Origin: Guillardia theta CCMP2712
Lineage: Eukaryota > Protista > Cryptophyta
DNA length: 64,000 bases
Direction: 5' to 3'
NCBI RefSeq assembly: GCF_000315625.1
Contig: NW_005434643.1
Coordinates: forward strand, 277,581 to 341,580
A program made the position numbers and the translations under genes. Position 1 is the stretch's first letter; each line of letters starts with the position of its first letter. Of the stretch, positions 23,592 to 34,800 are shown one piece after another. The notes below the pieces were generated by a model that searched no databases, was not told the origin of the DNA, and worked only from the letters and a program-made list of their open reading frames with translations.

Positions 23592-25547
23592 ATGTCTAAC
23601 AAGAAGATCGACGGACCCGCCGTTGGCATCGACCTCGGCACTACCTACTCCTGCGTCGGCATCTGGCAGCAAGAGCGCTGCGAGATCATCGCAAACGACC
23701 AAGGTAACCGCACGACCCCCTCCTGGGTTGCCTTCACCGACAGCGAGCGCCTCATCGGCGATGCCGCCAAAAACCAGGCCGCCATGAACCCTCACAACAC
23801 AATCTTCGACGCCAAGCGCCTCATCGGCCGCAAGATGGACGACCCCGCCCTCCAGAACGACTTGAAGCACTTCCCCTTCAAGGTAGTCCCCAAGGACGGC
23901 AAGCCCCACATCCAGGCCGAGTACAAGGGCCAGACCAAGACCTTCTCGCCCGAGGAGATCTCGTCCATGGTCCTCACCAAGATGAAGGAGACCGCCGAGG
24001 CCTACCTCGGCAAGGAGGTCAAGCATGCCGTCATCACGGTGCCGGCCTACTTCAACGACTCCCAGCGCCAGGCGACCAAGGACGCGGGCATGATTGCGGG
24101 TCTCAACGTCCTGCGCATCATCAACGAGCCGACTGCAGCTGCCATCGCCTACGGCCTGGAGAAGAAGGGCTCGGGCGAGCGCAACATCCTCATCTACGAC
24201 CTGGGCGGAGGCACCTTCGATGTGTCGCTGCTGACCATCGACGACGGGATCTTCGAGGTGAAGGCGACGGCAGGCGACACGCACCTGGGAGGCGAGGACT
24301 TCGACAACCGCCTCGTGCAGTACGTGCTGCAGGAGTTTAAGCGCAAGCACAAGAAGGACCCCTCCGAAAACGCCCGCGCCCTCAGGCGCATCCGCACGGC
24401 GTGCGAGCGTGCCAAGCGCACGCTGTCGTCGGCGGCGCAGACGACCATCGAGGTGGACTCGTGCTATGACGGCATCGACTTCTACACCAACATCACGCGT
24501 GCCAAGTTCGAGGAGCTCTGCGCGGACCTCTTCCGAGCGACCATGGACCCTGTGGACCGCGTGCTGCGCGACGCCAAGATCTCCAAGGGCCAGGTGAACG
24601 AGATCGTGCTGGTCGGCGGGTCTACCCGCATCCCCAAGGTCCAGTCGCTGCTGCAGGACTTCTTCAACGGCAAGGAGCTAAACAAGAGCATCAACCCTGA
24701 CGAGGCCGTCGCCTACGGTGCTGCCGTCCAGGCTGCCATCCTTGCTGGCGTGGACTCGCAGAAGACGCAGGACCTGCTGCTGCTCGACGTTGCGCCCTTG
24801 TCGCTCGGCATCGAGACGGCAGGCGGCGTCATGACCAAGCTCATAGAGCGCAACACGACCATCCCCTGCAAGAAGTCGCAGACCTTCTCCACCTACGCCG
24901 ACAACCAGCCCGGCGTGCTCATCCAGGTCTTTGAGGGCGAGCGCCAGATGACCAAAGACAATAACTTGCTAGGCAAGTTCCAGCTCGACGGTATCCCGCC
25001 GGCCCCCCGCGGCGTCCCTCAGATCGAAGTCTCCTTCGACCTCGACGCCAACGGCATCATGAACGTCTCGGCGCAGGACAAGTCCACGGGCAAGCAGAAC
25101 AAGATCACCATCACCAACGACAAGGGTCGCCTCAGCCAGGACGACATCGAGCGCATGGTGCGGGAGGCGGAGCGCTTCAAGGAGGAAGACGATCGACAGC
25201 GCAAGAAGGTCGAGGCTCGCAACGCGCTGGAGAACTACGCCTACTCACTCAAGAACACGCTCAATGACGACAAGGTTGCCGGCAAAATCGACGAGTCGGA
25301 CAAGTCGTCGCTCACTGCAAAGATCGAGGAGACCATCTCTTGGCTCGAGGCCAACCATGGCGCCGCACCCGAGGAGTACGAGGCCAAGCAGAAGGCGCTT
25401 GAGCAGGTGGCCATGCCGATCATGACGAAGCTGTACTCGGCCGGAGGGCAGATGCCGGGAGGCATGGGCATGGGAGGCGAAGGAGCTGCCGCATCGGGAG
25501 CTGGGGAGAGCAGTGGCGCTGGTCCTCACATTGAGGAAGTAGATTAG
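23592..25547 (+). CDS. HSP70: Cytosolic heat shock protein 70, intronless (copy 2, 651 aa)
   Basis: Full-length ORF with all HSP70 signatures and EEVD terminus. Confidence 0.99.
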   Translation: MSNKKIDGPAVGIDLGTTYSCVGIWQQERCEIIANDQGNRTTPSWVAFTDSERLIGDAAKNQAAMNPHNTIFDAKRLIGRKMDDPALQNDLKHFPFKVVPKDGKPHIQAEYKGQTKTFSPEEISSMVLTKMKETAEAYLGKEVKHAVITVPAYFNDSQRQATKDAGMIAGLNVLRIINEPTAAAIAYGLEKKGSGERNILIYDLGGGTFDVSLLTIDDGIFEVKATAGDTHLGGEDFDNRLVQYVLQEFKRKHKKDPSENARALRRIRTACERAKRTLSSAAQTTIEVDSCYDGIDFYTNITRAKFEELCADLFRATMDPVDRVLRDAKISKGQVNEIVLVGGSTRIPKVQSLLQDFFNGKELNKSINPDEAVAYGAAVQAAILAGVDSQKTQDLLLLDVAPLSLGIETAGGVMTKLIERNTTIPCKKSQTFSTYADNQPGVLIQVFEGERQMTKDNNLLGKFQLDGIPPAPRGVPQIEVSFDLDANGIMNVSAQDKSTGKQNKITITNDKGRLSQDDIERMVREAERFKEEDDRQRKKVEARNALENYAYSLKNTLNDDKVAGKIDESDKSSLTAKIEETISWLEANHGAAPEEYEAKQKALEQVAMPIMTKLYSAGGQMPGGMGMGGEGAAASGAGESSGAGPHIEEVD

Positions 25548-26613
25548 TTGTGCGGTGATATGTATTGAAGTTGTATCAGTAGATGGAATGATATTTTATT
25601 GATGATGCACGAATAAACGTGAGTGATCTTTATATATTGAACTCTTTTACGATTTCTTCTGATTTCAAGCAAAACGTTCAATTTTGAATGCTTTAATGAT
25701 TTATAATGATTCAACATTGTTCAATCAGCCTTTTGATGGTAACAGATCTTGAGAAGACTTACCTTCTTATTTTTTTGTTTCGACATGGAACTCATATCTC
25801 ATCAGTATTTTTCCCCTATAATATTTCTTTGAAATGATACTCAACACACAATTTTGGTTTCACGCAGACGCTATGGTGTAACTACTGCCACTACATAAAA
25901 CTCCACTACCTCCCCACAACGCACAAGTTAGTTACGCATGCGATTGCCAGTTCTGTTCGTTGAGCTCCGACTCATTTATCGCAGCTGATATTACCCTCCC
26001 TTTGATTCTTCACTGTCTTGAAATGTGCCTTTGATCTTTAGGCAAGGTAGCGATATCACTTCCTGTCTCAATCTTGTTCATCTTTAGTTCCTGAAATACT
26101 TTTTTTGAATTTCTTTTGGATATCACAATAGCAAGAATGTTGGTTGGGTCCAATTGAATCATACTGAACTCACTTCTTTAATCCTTGTTTTTGACATCCC
26201 ACCTAACTTCTCCTACTTGTCTTCTATTGACTGTTACTCTCTACTTTTCGCTTCTCCTTTGATCTCCTCTCCTCTCTTCTCCTCTTCTGTCCTGTCCAGT
26301 CCTGCCCTGCCCTTCCCTGCCCTTCCCTACCCCTACCCCTCCACGTCTCGTCTCGTCATCGCACGTCAGCCCGCGACCCCCAGTTCGCCTCCCGCTCGCC
26401 CCCCGCTTTCGGTCAAATTTGAGATCTATAAATATATACGTCGGAACGACCTCTGTTTCAATGCGATCCGCCTGTTTACCACACGAAACCCCCTCTTAAT
26501 GGCCTCCTTAAGGTTTCATAAGACTTTTTTTCGATATATTAAAAACATTTTATAGAAACCTCTTTTTAAACGAAGGCGCTAGGTTCCCGGGCATGGTATG
26601 CGCACAATCGACG

Positions 26614-27330
26614 ATGGCAGGGCTCTCTGCCGCTCTGCGAAGGTTCAGCTCGATCGCCTCAAGAGTGGAGGTAGGAGACTAAAATGATCTTTGCTTTCCT
26701 GTGCGTTTGTTTGATATGTCAGCGTTCTTCTCAGCTGTTTCGTTCGACCTTGTGCTTTCCTTCTCTTCTTCCACTGCACTGAAACTCTGCTCCTGATAGC
26801 TGCTGACCGGTTGTGGTGCAGAGCCTTGGAGTGGCCTCTAAGACTGAGCAGGCAGCTGCGATGGCGAAGAAGTCAAGAAGAACAGTCCAGACAGAGAAAA
26901 CATCTCCAGGGACGTTGAGGGTGGGATGCCCGGAGTGCGTGAAAGAGAAAGGCGAGCACGATTGTGAGCAGATCGTCACGTGGGACGAGCTCTTCAAGGT
27001 CGACCTCTTTTACCGCAAGTGAAGGCAGCCCAGCGAGTGTAAATAGACTGTGATATAGGAGGTATAGGGCGATGCGTCAAGAAACGGAATGATCGAACAC
27101 CAACGAGTGTTTGCTCCATGCACCATGTCAACACTTTTGCCGTCAGTAGCCCCATGGAGGTAGAGACGTGACATCAATGTAGAGGAACCTCGACTCACGT
27201 CCAGACAGAAGGAATTGCAGGAGCGTTGTCAACAGAAGTCTTTTATTTGATGGCAAAACACAACAATGACACAACGGCTGTCCGCCCGTACCAAGTCGAG
27301 CAAGGGTTTCCTGCGTCCTTGGATATATAG
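26614..27330 (+). CDS. Hypothetical multi-exon protein with a mitochondrial-presequence-like start
   Basis: MAGLSAALRRFSSIASRVE followed by a GT donor; middle exon with CPEC...HDC; putative last exon ...QGFPASLDI*. Exon linkage is inferred. Confidence 0.4.
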
Positions 27331-27335
27331 ATACA

Positions 27336-29688
27336 TTAGCGCCTCCTGCAGATGTACTTCCCCTGAGACCGAAGCTCGAGCTCCTGCCGCTGGAGCATAA
27401 CACTGATAGCCTGCACACAAACATCAGCCCACTCCTCCTCATCCCATCACCAGCTAACTCCTCACCTTTCGCACAGCTCCCTCCGACAGCCCTCGCTCCT
27501 TCAGCTCCCCCACGAGCGATCGCTCTGGCACAGACATGCCAATGCCAACCCGCTCCTTGATCGCCTTCTCGCTCTTGAGCACGTCAGCCATCACCGCTGG
27601 GCTCGTCATCCCCTCCATCATCAGCCCCTTGCTCGCCGCATCCTCGGTAGACTCCTTGAATAGCTGGACTGCTTCCTCCACATGGCGCTCCGTCGCTAGG
27701 GGAGATAAGGTCAGCTTTGCCAGCGACTCTGAGATGCGGATGATAGCCTCCAGCTGCCTGACTGTGATGGGGATCGCGGGGGCTCCTTCCGAGCTTTCCT
27801 GTGCGTACCGCTGCCTGATCCTGATGTACTCGTCCTGGAGGCGCTTGGCTGCTGACTCCGAGAGCCGAGGGGAGCACTTGGTGCGCGCGTAGCAGATGTA
27901 CCTCCTCATGGTATTGAGATCGATCTCTCCTTCCACCTGCTGCACGCTGCTTCCACTGTGCAGGGACATCACGTGCCTTGCGATTCGCTGATCCCTCTCC
28001 TCATTCCTCGCGTCACGGATGATGAAGATCAAGTCGAAGCGAGACAAGATGGTGCTCTGAAAGTCGATGTTGTCCACGGCACTCCTCATATCGTCGTATC
28101 GTCCAAAGGTTGGGTTGGCTGCGGCCAGCACGGCCGTTCGGGTGTTGAGCATGGTGGTGATGCCAGCCTTTGCGATAGAGATCGTCTGCTGCTCCATGGC
28201 CTGGGGGATCAGAAGAGTCAGAAGGGTCGAGCTTCACAATCTTCCTCTTCGTACCTCGTGGATGGCGACTCGGTCCTCCGGCCTCATCTTGTCGAACTCG
28301 TCGATACACACGACCCCTCCATCGGCCAGCACCATCGCTCCTCCCTCCAGGTAGAACTCCCCAGAGTTTGCATCCTTCACTACCGACGCTGTCAGACCCG
28401 CTGCGCTGCTTCCCTTGCCGGAGGTGTAGACGGAGATCGGAGCAACCTTCTCAATGAACTTGAGCAGCTGAGACTTTGCCGTGGAAGGGTCTCCAAGCAT
28501 GAGGACGTTGATGTCTCCCCTCAGCCTGCCGCCATCGGGCAGGAGCTTCCTGGAGCCACCGAACAGCTGGCAGCAAAGAGCTTTCTTGATATCCGCGTGC
28601 CCGAAGATTGAGGGGGCAATGCTCCCGCGCAGTTTCTCCACGAAGTCTGGGCTTGCTGCCATGCTGCGAAACTTGGACTCCTGCATAGCATGTCACAAGG
28701 AGTAAGCAGCAGCCTTTGGCATACCTCTTCCTGCGTGAAGTCCGATTCCGTCATTCTTCCTCCTACTCCGCTCACTTCCATGATTCCAAGAGCTCTCAGG
28801 TACGGCACTCGAACCGAGGAAGCACTACCACCAGCAGAGTCAGCGAGCAGCGCGACAGTCAGAGGGCTCGTTCGATTCTTACCTGGCTTGCCGGGGCTTC
28901 TGGTTCAGGATGGTGAAGATTCCCGCAGCAGATATGACGGCACCAGGAACCACTCGACCGACGAGGTGACGGTCGAGAGTCACCGTGATGTGTCGGGGCA
29001 TCTCGCCCGTCGGCACTTGCTCCGGTAGCTCCTGGATCTTCAGGGTCTGCAGGTCTACATACTTGGAGCGGTCGGAGAGGACTTGGAAGGGATCTAGAGG
29101 ACACTTCTGCTGCAAGTCTGCCCCGGGATTTCCCTCGCACGCCCTTGGAAAGCTGCAGCCATGCAGGCCAGGCTTGACCAACACGTTGACAAGCTTCTTG
29201 CAGCTCTTGCACTGCAGAGTGATCATCGTAGCCTTGACGCGGGGTTTGCTCGCTGATATCACGATGCCTTGAATGTGCACCAGCTTCGAGTAGTCCTTGG
29301 CAGCGAGGTCGCGCATTCCCACAGGGTTGCAGGTGCTTGTCACGATGACTTGAACGTCTGGTGGGGTGTCGCCCTCCTCCCGCCTACCCACAAGCATGGA
29401 AGCGTACACATCTCTCGCGGCCCTCTCAAAGATCGGCATGAGCTCTGCTGGCTTCTCCCGGAGAGCGTCGTTGAGCTTGGGGTTGAAGGTCATGAGATCG
29501 TCCAGGTTCACTTCCAGGCGGTACTCGTGCATGTTTGTGTTCTTCTTCAGCTGATCTCTGTAAGGGAACTCGTCCCCCACCTGGAACTGCCGGATGAAGT
29601 CTTGAAATTCGGCGACTCCGAAGGACCTGCTGTCCTCCGCCAGTCCTTGATCGCTCCATGTTACCCTCCCCTCGTCGAAGCCCGACAT
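27336..29688 (-). CDS. MCM5: DNA replication licensing factor MCM5, multi-exon
   Basis: MSGFDEG start, [61 protein letters not shown]; last exon ends GKYICRRR*. Confidence 0.97.
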
Positions 29689-30169
29689 GCCGCCGTCGCT
29701 GTTTCCTTCCGCCACACCCAAATGGGGGTCCTTGAATCGAGCAGATCGGGGTGGGCATACTACCCCCCACCACTCTGCTACCATACAATCAGGGATATGG
29801 AGTTTTACCTAGGAAGACATATATAGAATCTGTGCTCAATAAGGTATGTGAAATAAAGATATCCCACCCCAATGTTGAAAGAATGGGTGGGGTAGTGGGT
29901 AGGGTAGTCACAGGGCTCCCGCCCTCTTTCCAAGAAAGGAAGGTGCCCGACGGGCGAACCGGCGCCGGCGGCGCAAAACAGTAGGCTGTCACAACTGACT
30001 CAGTAGTTATGCGGCGAAGTCGTCACCTAGCCTACTAAAAGAGAGATTCTTTACTCAAAGTGAAGTTAAAAATCAGTACGAGGACAATAATGAGAGTCAA
30101 GGAGGCTTGACCCTGACTAATAGTGGCACTGACTCTGTGAGTAGCCGCAAAGGCTAGTGAGCCTGAGTG

Positions 30170-31085
30170 AGTGGTAAGGCGGCTGCAAGGCCGCGTGCCG
30201 GGCGCTGGGCCCGGCCGCCAATCGGGTGACAGTCCGAACGTACTAGGCTAGCCTAGTAGGCTAGGTTCCCGGCCCGGGGCTGAGTGGCCGGCCGCCCGGC
30301 CGGCGTGCCACGGTGAACGGTCCGATCCGCCGACTCAGCGATCAGCGGCCGATACAGCAGCCGCCGCCCCGGCGGCCGGGCCGGTGGGCCGGTCACGCCG
30401 CCGCCCCGCGTCAGTCCGGCGTGTTCGGACTCGTGACGCCGGGTCCGACGGTCAGCGGCCGCGCCCCGCGGGCTGGCGCCGGGCCGGCGCCCAGGCCGGC
30501 CGGGGTGACGCCGGTCACGGCCAGTGCCCCGCCGCGCCGGCGGCCGGCCGGGCGGGGGTGACGCCGTGACTCAGTGGCCCCGCCGCACCGTGACTGCAGT
30601 ACGGTCACAGTGACCCGAGTCACCGCCGGCCCGGCCCGGACAGACCGGGCCCGCCGGCGTCAACTTGGCATCCCGGCGGCGACTCCGCCCGGCGGGCCGT
30701 CACCGATAAGTTACCGAGTCACAACCGTTGAACGGTTCCAAAGTTCTGCGGCCGCTGAGTGCCTGCCAGTGCCAGCCGCTGCCCCGCCCGGTGACTGTGG
30801 CCGCGGGCGTGACTCCCGGAAACGGTTGAACTTCAGTTCAAGTTCGGAAGTTAGCCTCCGAGAAATCAGTCACGGTACGGACTCCGGACGGTCGGAGGAC
30901 AATCATGGCCGGCATGGCAGGAGACTCTCGGCTGAGAGTCGAGGAGGCTTGACCCTGACACTGTCGCACTGGCCACACGGCGAGAAGAGAAAAGACCGTA
31001 CAGCGAGAACCAAACTTCACCTAAATTGACAGTGACTCGGAGTCAGGCGGCCCGGGGCCCGGCCCGGGCGGCCGGCGGGGGACTC
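30170..31085. repeat. GC-rich palindrome-dense intergenic block (CCGG, GCCGGC, GGGCCC, GTGAC/GTCAC, GACTC/GAGTC, CTAG)
   Basis: Very high density of a small set of short palindromic and near-palindromic words; ORFs here are low-complexity Pro/Gly/Arg/Ala. Confidence 0.7.
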
Positions 31086-31749
31086 TTTCAAACTTCAATC
31101 AGGATTTCAATCAGCGCGCCGGATTTCAATAAGTTTTTGGAAGGGGCTGGCCCGACTCTTCCATTTTTGTGTGCGGCAAACACACTCCATGCTCCGGCAG
31201 CCCCCGTGCGGGGCGGGGGCAGCGGCAGCAGCTCAGATCTTGTCCTGCTCGTGCCTGTCTCCCTGCATACCTTCCATATTTCTCTCTCGTTTGGTTTCCC
31301 TGCCATCTGCAGCTTGATCTCTTTCTCTTTCTCTTCCTTCGAGCTTTGAATGCCCATAGCTCCCACACCACTCAACCTCTCCTCCCATTCATCGTTGTTG
31401 ACTTCATTGTGCCCACAATTTACCCTCTTTGTGCTGTATTATCTGAGAATTTCACTCCCTCGCCTCTCCATACACAACAGCATGCGCACAACGACTGTCT
31501 TTGAATTCGTCTGCTCTCCCTTGTCCTTTGCGCCGCCGACTCCCTTTGCCCGCCTTTCACCTTTGTCCTATCGTCTCTACTGATTCGTTTCTTTACGTGT
31601 CTTCAACTTATTTTTCAACAGTTTCTCCCTCCACCCGCCTCCTGATACAATCTTTACGAGGACGCACCTGAGGCTCTACTGACTTTTTCTTCAGTCTTTG
31701 AATGTCGTAGAGGCTCTGATCAGCTCGCTGCTCCTTCATCGGACCGGCA

Positions 31750-31782
31750 ATGAAATGCTCCTTCATGCGCTCCCTTGCTTGG

Positions 31783-31826
<44 letters not shown>

Positions 31827-34800
31827 CTCGGCTCCTTCGGAAGGGTCCTCCCTCTCGACGAGGAGCGAGGCGGCAGGCAGCGTGGCTGGGGCTCGACCCA
31901 GGAGGAGGGGCGTTCCCCTAGCCCTCGTTGCCTGTGTCGACGGGACTGTGACGGCAGTCAAGGCTGACACGGGGTCCAAGGTTTGGTATGCCCTGTCACG
32001 TTGTGATGCCACGGCGCTGATAGCGAGCACTTCTGCAGGTCGCTGGACCTGGAGGGCCCGCTGCTGTCATCATGGCAGAACGAGAGTGTGTTCTTCGACG
32101 ACGTCCTCATCCCTAACACCGACGGCTCCCTGTACCTCTTCTCCAAGAAGACGTCCAGGTGACTGCGCGACTGCCTCTCCTTGCCCCCTCACCTCGCTTC
32201 CTGTCCACAGGCTGCAGCGACTGCCTATCTCACTGCAGGACCTTGTTGAGAACTCCCCGTTCGTGGCCGACGACGGCTCCTTGTACGTGGCTCAGAAGCG
32301 CTCGCAGTTCTACATCGTCTCGCGGGACTCGGGGACCGTCCTCTCCGACGTGTCGGTCGATGAGAAGGAGGACGGGGACTTCTTGCGCAGCTTCCGGGAG
32401 GAGACCGCAGCTGGGAACCTGCTCGTGGGCCGCTACGAGTACTTTGTCAAGGCTGTGCATCCGCGCTCCAAGGAGGAGAGCTGGCGGGCCCGCCTGTCCT
32501 ACTTTCCGACCGTCCGGCACCTCCAGGACAGTCTGCATGACCCCAACATGGATGTCTCGGGGATGGAAGACCCAGGGGCCTACTTCTACCATGAGGGCAC
32601 GTTGTACGCTGTGGACATTATGACTGGTATGCTTGAGTGGTGGCAGCAGCTTCCTGCCCCTCCTATGGCTGTTCTTGTCATAGGAGCGAATGACGTGGCG
32701 GTCGAGAGATTCGTCTTCCCTGCCTCAGCCCCACTCAGGTGATATCCGGGCTGCTCCTGCTCCTGCTGCTCCTCCATCTGCTCCTCCTTCCTGCTCCTGA
32801 TTCTGCGCTTTTTGCTCTTGTTGCTTCTGACCTCCAACTTTCAATGCACGGCGCTGACTGCCAGTTGTCTTCAGCTCCAACGTCGATCTGTGGAAGAGCC
32901 GCATGCTGGTCGGGGAAGACCTCCAATACATACAGCTCCATGGCTCGCAGCTGTTTGCTGTCAACGGAGTCTTGCAACCGGCCGACAGGTTGATCTCGAC
33001 ACCCGCAGGCTCGGCAGAGGACGAGGACGAGGAAGCGAGGAAGAGGATGAGCTGGTGGAGCTGGATGGGGCAGCAGAACCGGAGGAGGATCGAGCAGAAG
33101 ATTGCGCAGCTTGAAGGGAGTCCGGGGGCCACGTCGACGTCCCATCTGGAGGAGGACTTGAGGCTGCAGGACAAGTGTATCCTCAGCGAGTCGAACTTCC
33201 CTTCCTGCATGGAAGGTCTCCATCCCCTCTCGACCCCTCTCAAGGCTCTCTCCCAGTATGCCCAGCTAGAGGACACCCAGCTCGCCATCGACCCCTCCTC
33301 AGCTGAAGTTCAGCCCGAGGCCAGCGGGATAAGGGTGCAGCCTTCCAACTTCTCGGAGGCAGACGTGAGGCTTCAGCCGGAAGAAGCGTCGAAGGCGCCG
33401 CCTCCCTCAGGGCCAGTTGAGGAGGCAGCGGGGAAGGACGCGGGTCGTCAGGGGACTCGGCAGGAAGAGGGAGGAAGAGAACATGCGTCCCGAGCCGAGC
33501 TGGCATGGCGGGTGGTGACCTGGCTCGCGCGCGAGTGCGGCATGTCGGAGGTCAATGTGATTTTCTTCTCTTCCCTGATCCTCTTCCTCCTGCTCGCTGG
33601 AACGTACATCGAGATTGGACATCGGTGGCAGGAGCAGGAGCAGCAGAGTTTGCATGCTGGGGCCGGCAGCCAGGCTGGAGGAGAGCAGAAGAAGAGGCAG
33701 GGGGGGGCGAGGGGAGGAAAGAACCTGCGGCGGAGGAAGGAGGCGATAGCCAGGTCTCAACGAGACTCAGCAGAGGTGGTTGGAGCTTCTTCCCTAGTCT
33801 CCTCGGGGAGGATGGAGGAGGAGGATGCGGGGGAAGGAACTCACGCGCAGGAGGGACAGGGAGAAGTTCGGGTGGGTCGACTGCGGGTGCACACTGGAAG
33901 CATCCTGGGGCACGGGAGCCAAGGGACCATCGTCTACGTTGGGGAGCTGGACGGGAGAAAAGTTGCGGTCAAACGCCTGCTGTCGACCTTCGTCGACGTA
34001 GCGCTTGGAGAGGCAAGAGCTACTGACTGACTGACTGACTGACTGACTGACTGACTGACTGACTGACTGACTGCTGGTTCAGGTTGACCTGCTGATGAAG
34101 GCCGACGCGCATCCAAACATCACGCGCTACTTCGCCAAGGAGGAGGACGGAGATTTCATCTACCTCGCCCTTGAGCTCTGCGACACGAGCCTAGCCAGCC
34201 ACGTCGAGGAGCATAGCAACGCCAACAGCTCTGATATCAGCGCGGAGTTCTGCAGAAGGCAAGAGGAGGGAGGTAAATTCTTCCTTGAAATAGCTCTGTC
34301 ACTCACCATCCTTCTCAAGCTGCGCAGCAAGAGCCTGTTTCGTCTCCCTCCGAGAGCAACGTGAACAAGAGCACTGGAGCACGAGACGTCTGTGTCGGAA
34401 GCGCGCAGGGATGGATGGAGGTGGATCGAGCTCAGCAGCTGCTGGCGGATCTACTTGATGGAGTCTCCTTCCTCCACAGGTGAATCAAAAACCCCAGTGG
34501 AGACAAGCTGCTGGCCCTGCTTCTTATTCGCTCCTTTCCCCTTCCTCTTCATCCTCCTACTGATTCTTCCTCTCCTTATTCTCGTCCTTCTACTCCTACT
34601 CCTGCTCCTGCTCTTGCTCCTCCTGCCCCTTGTGCACCATATGCCCCTAACTCTACCTGCTCTCCTTTCTCCGTCTTTTTTGTGCTTTTTGTTCCTCTCG
34701 GTTGTCCTCCTGAGCGGATTTCCTTTCAGCATGGGAATCGTCCACAGGGACTTGAAGCCAGGGAACGTCTTGCTGACGGCCGCTGGAAGGTGAGGCGGAG

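Noticed and set aside
22602-24350. Long antisense ORFs over both HSP70 genes ([20 protein letters not shown]...)
   Set aside because: Known shadow ORFs caused by HSP70 codon bias, often mis-annotated as NAD-specific glutamate dehydrogenase; no independent evidence here.
30313-31029. Pro/Gly/Arg-rich ORFs in the GC-rich block
   Set aside because: Open frames are expected at this GC content; no domain or codon pattern.
31088-31770. Possible minus-strand exons upstream of IRE1
   Set aside because: I could not assemble a consistent gene, and it overlaps the IRE1 start.
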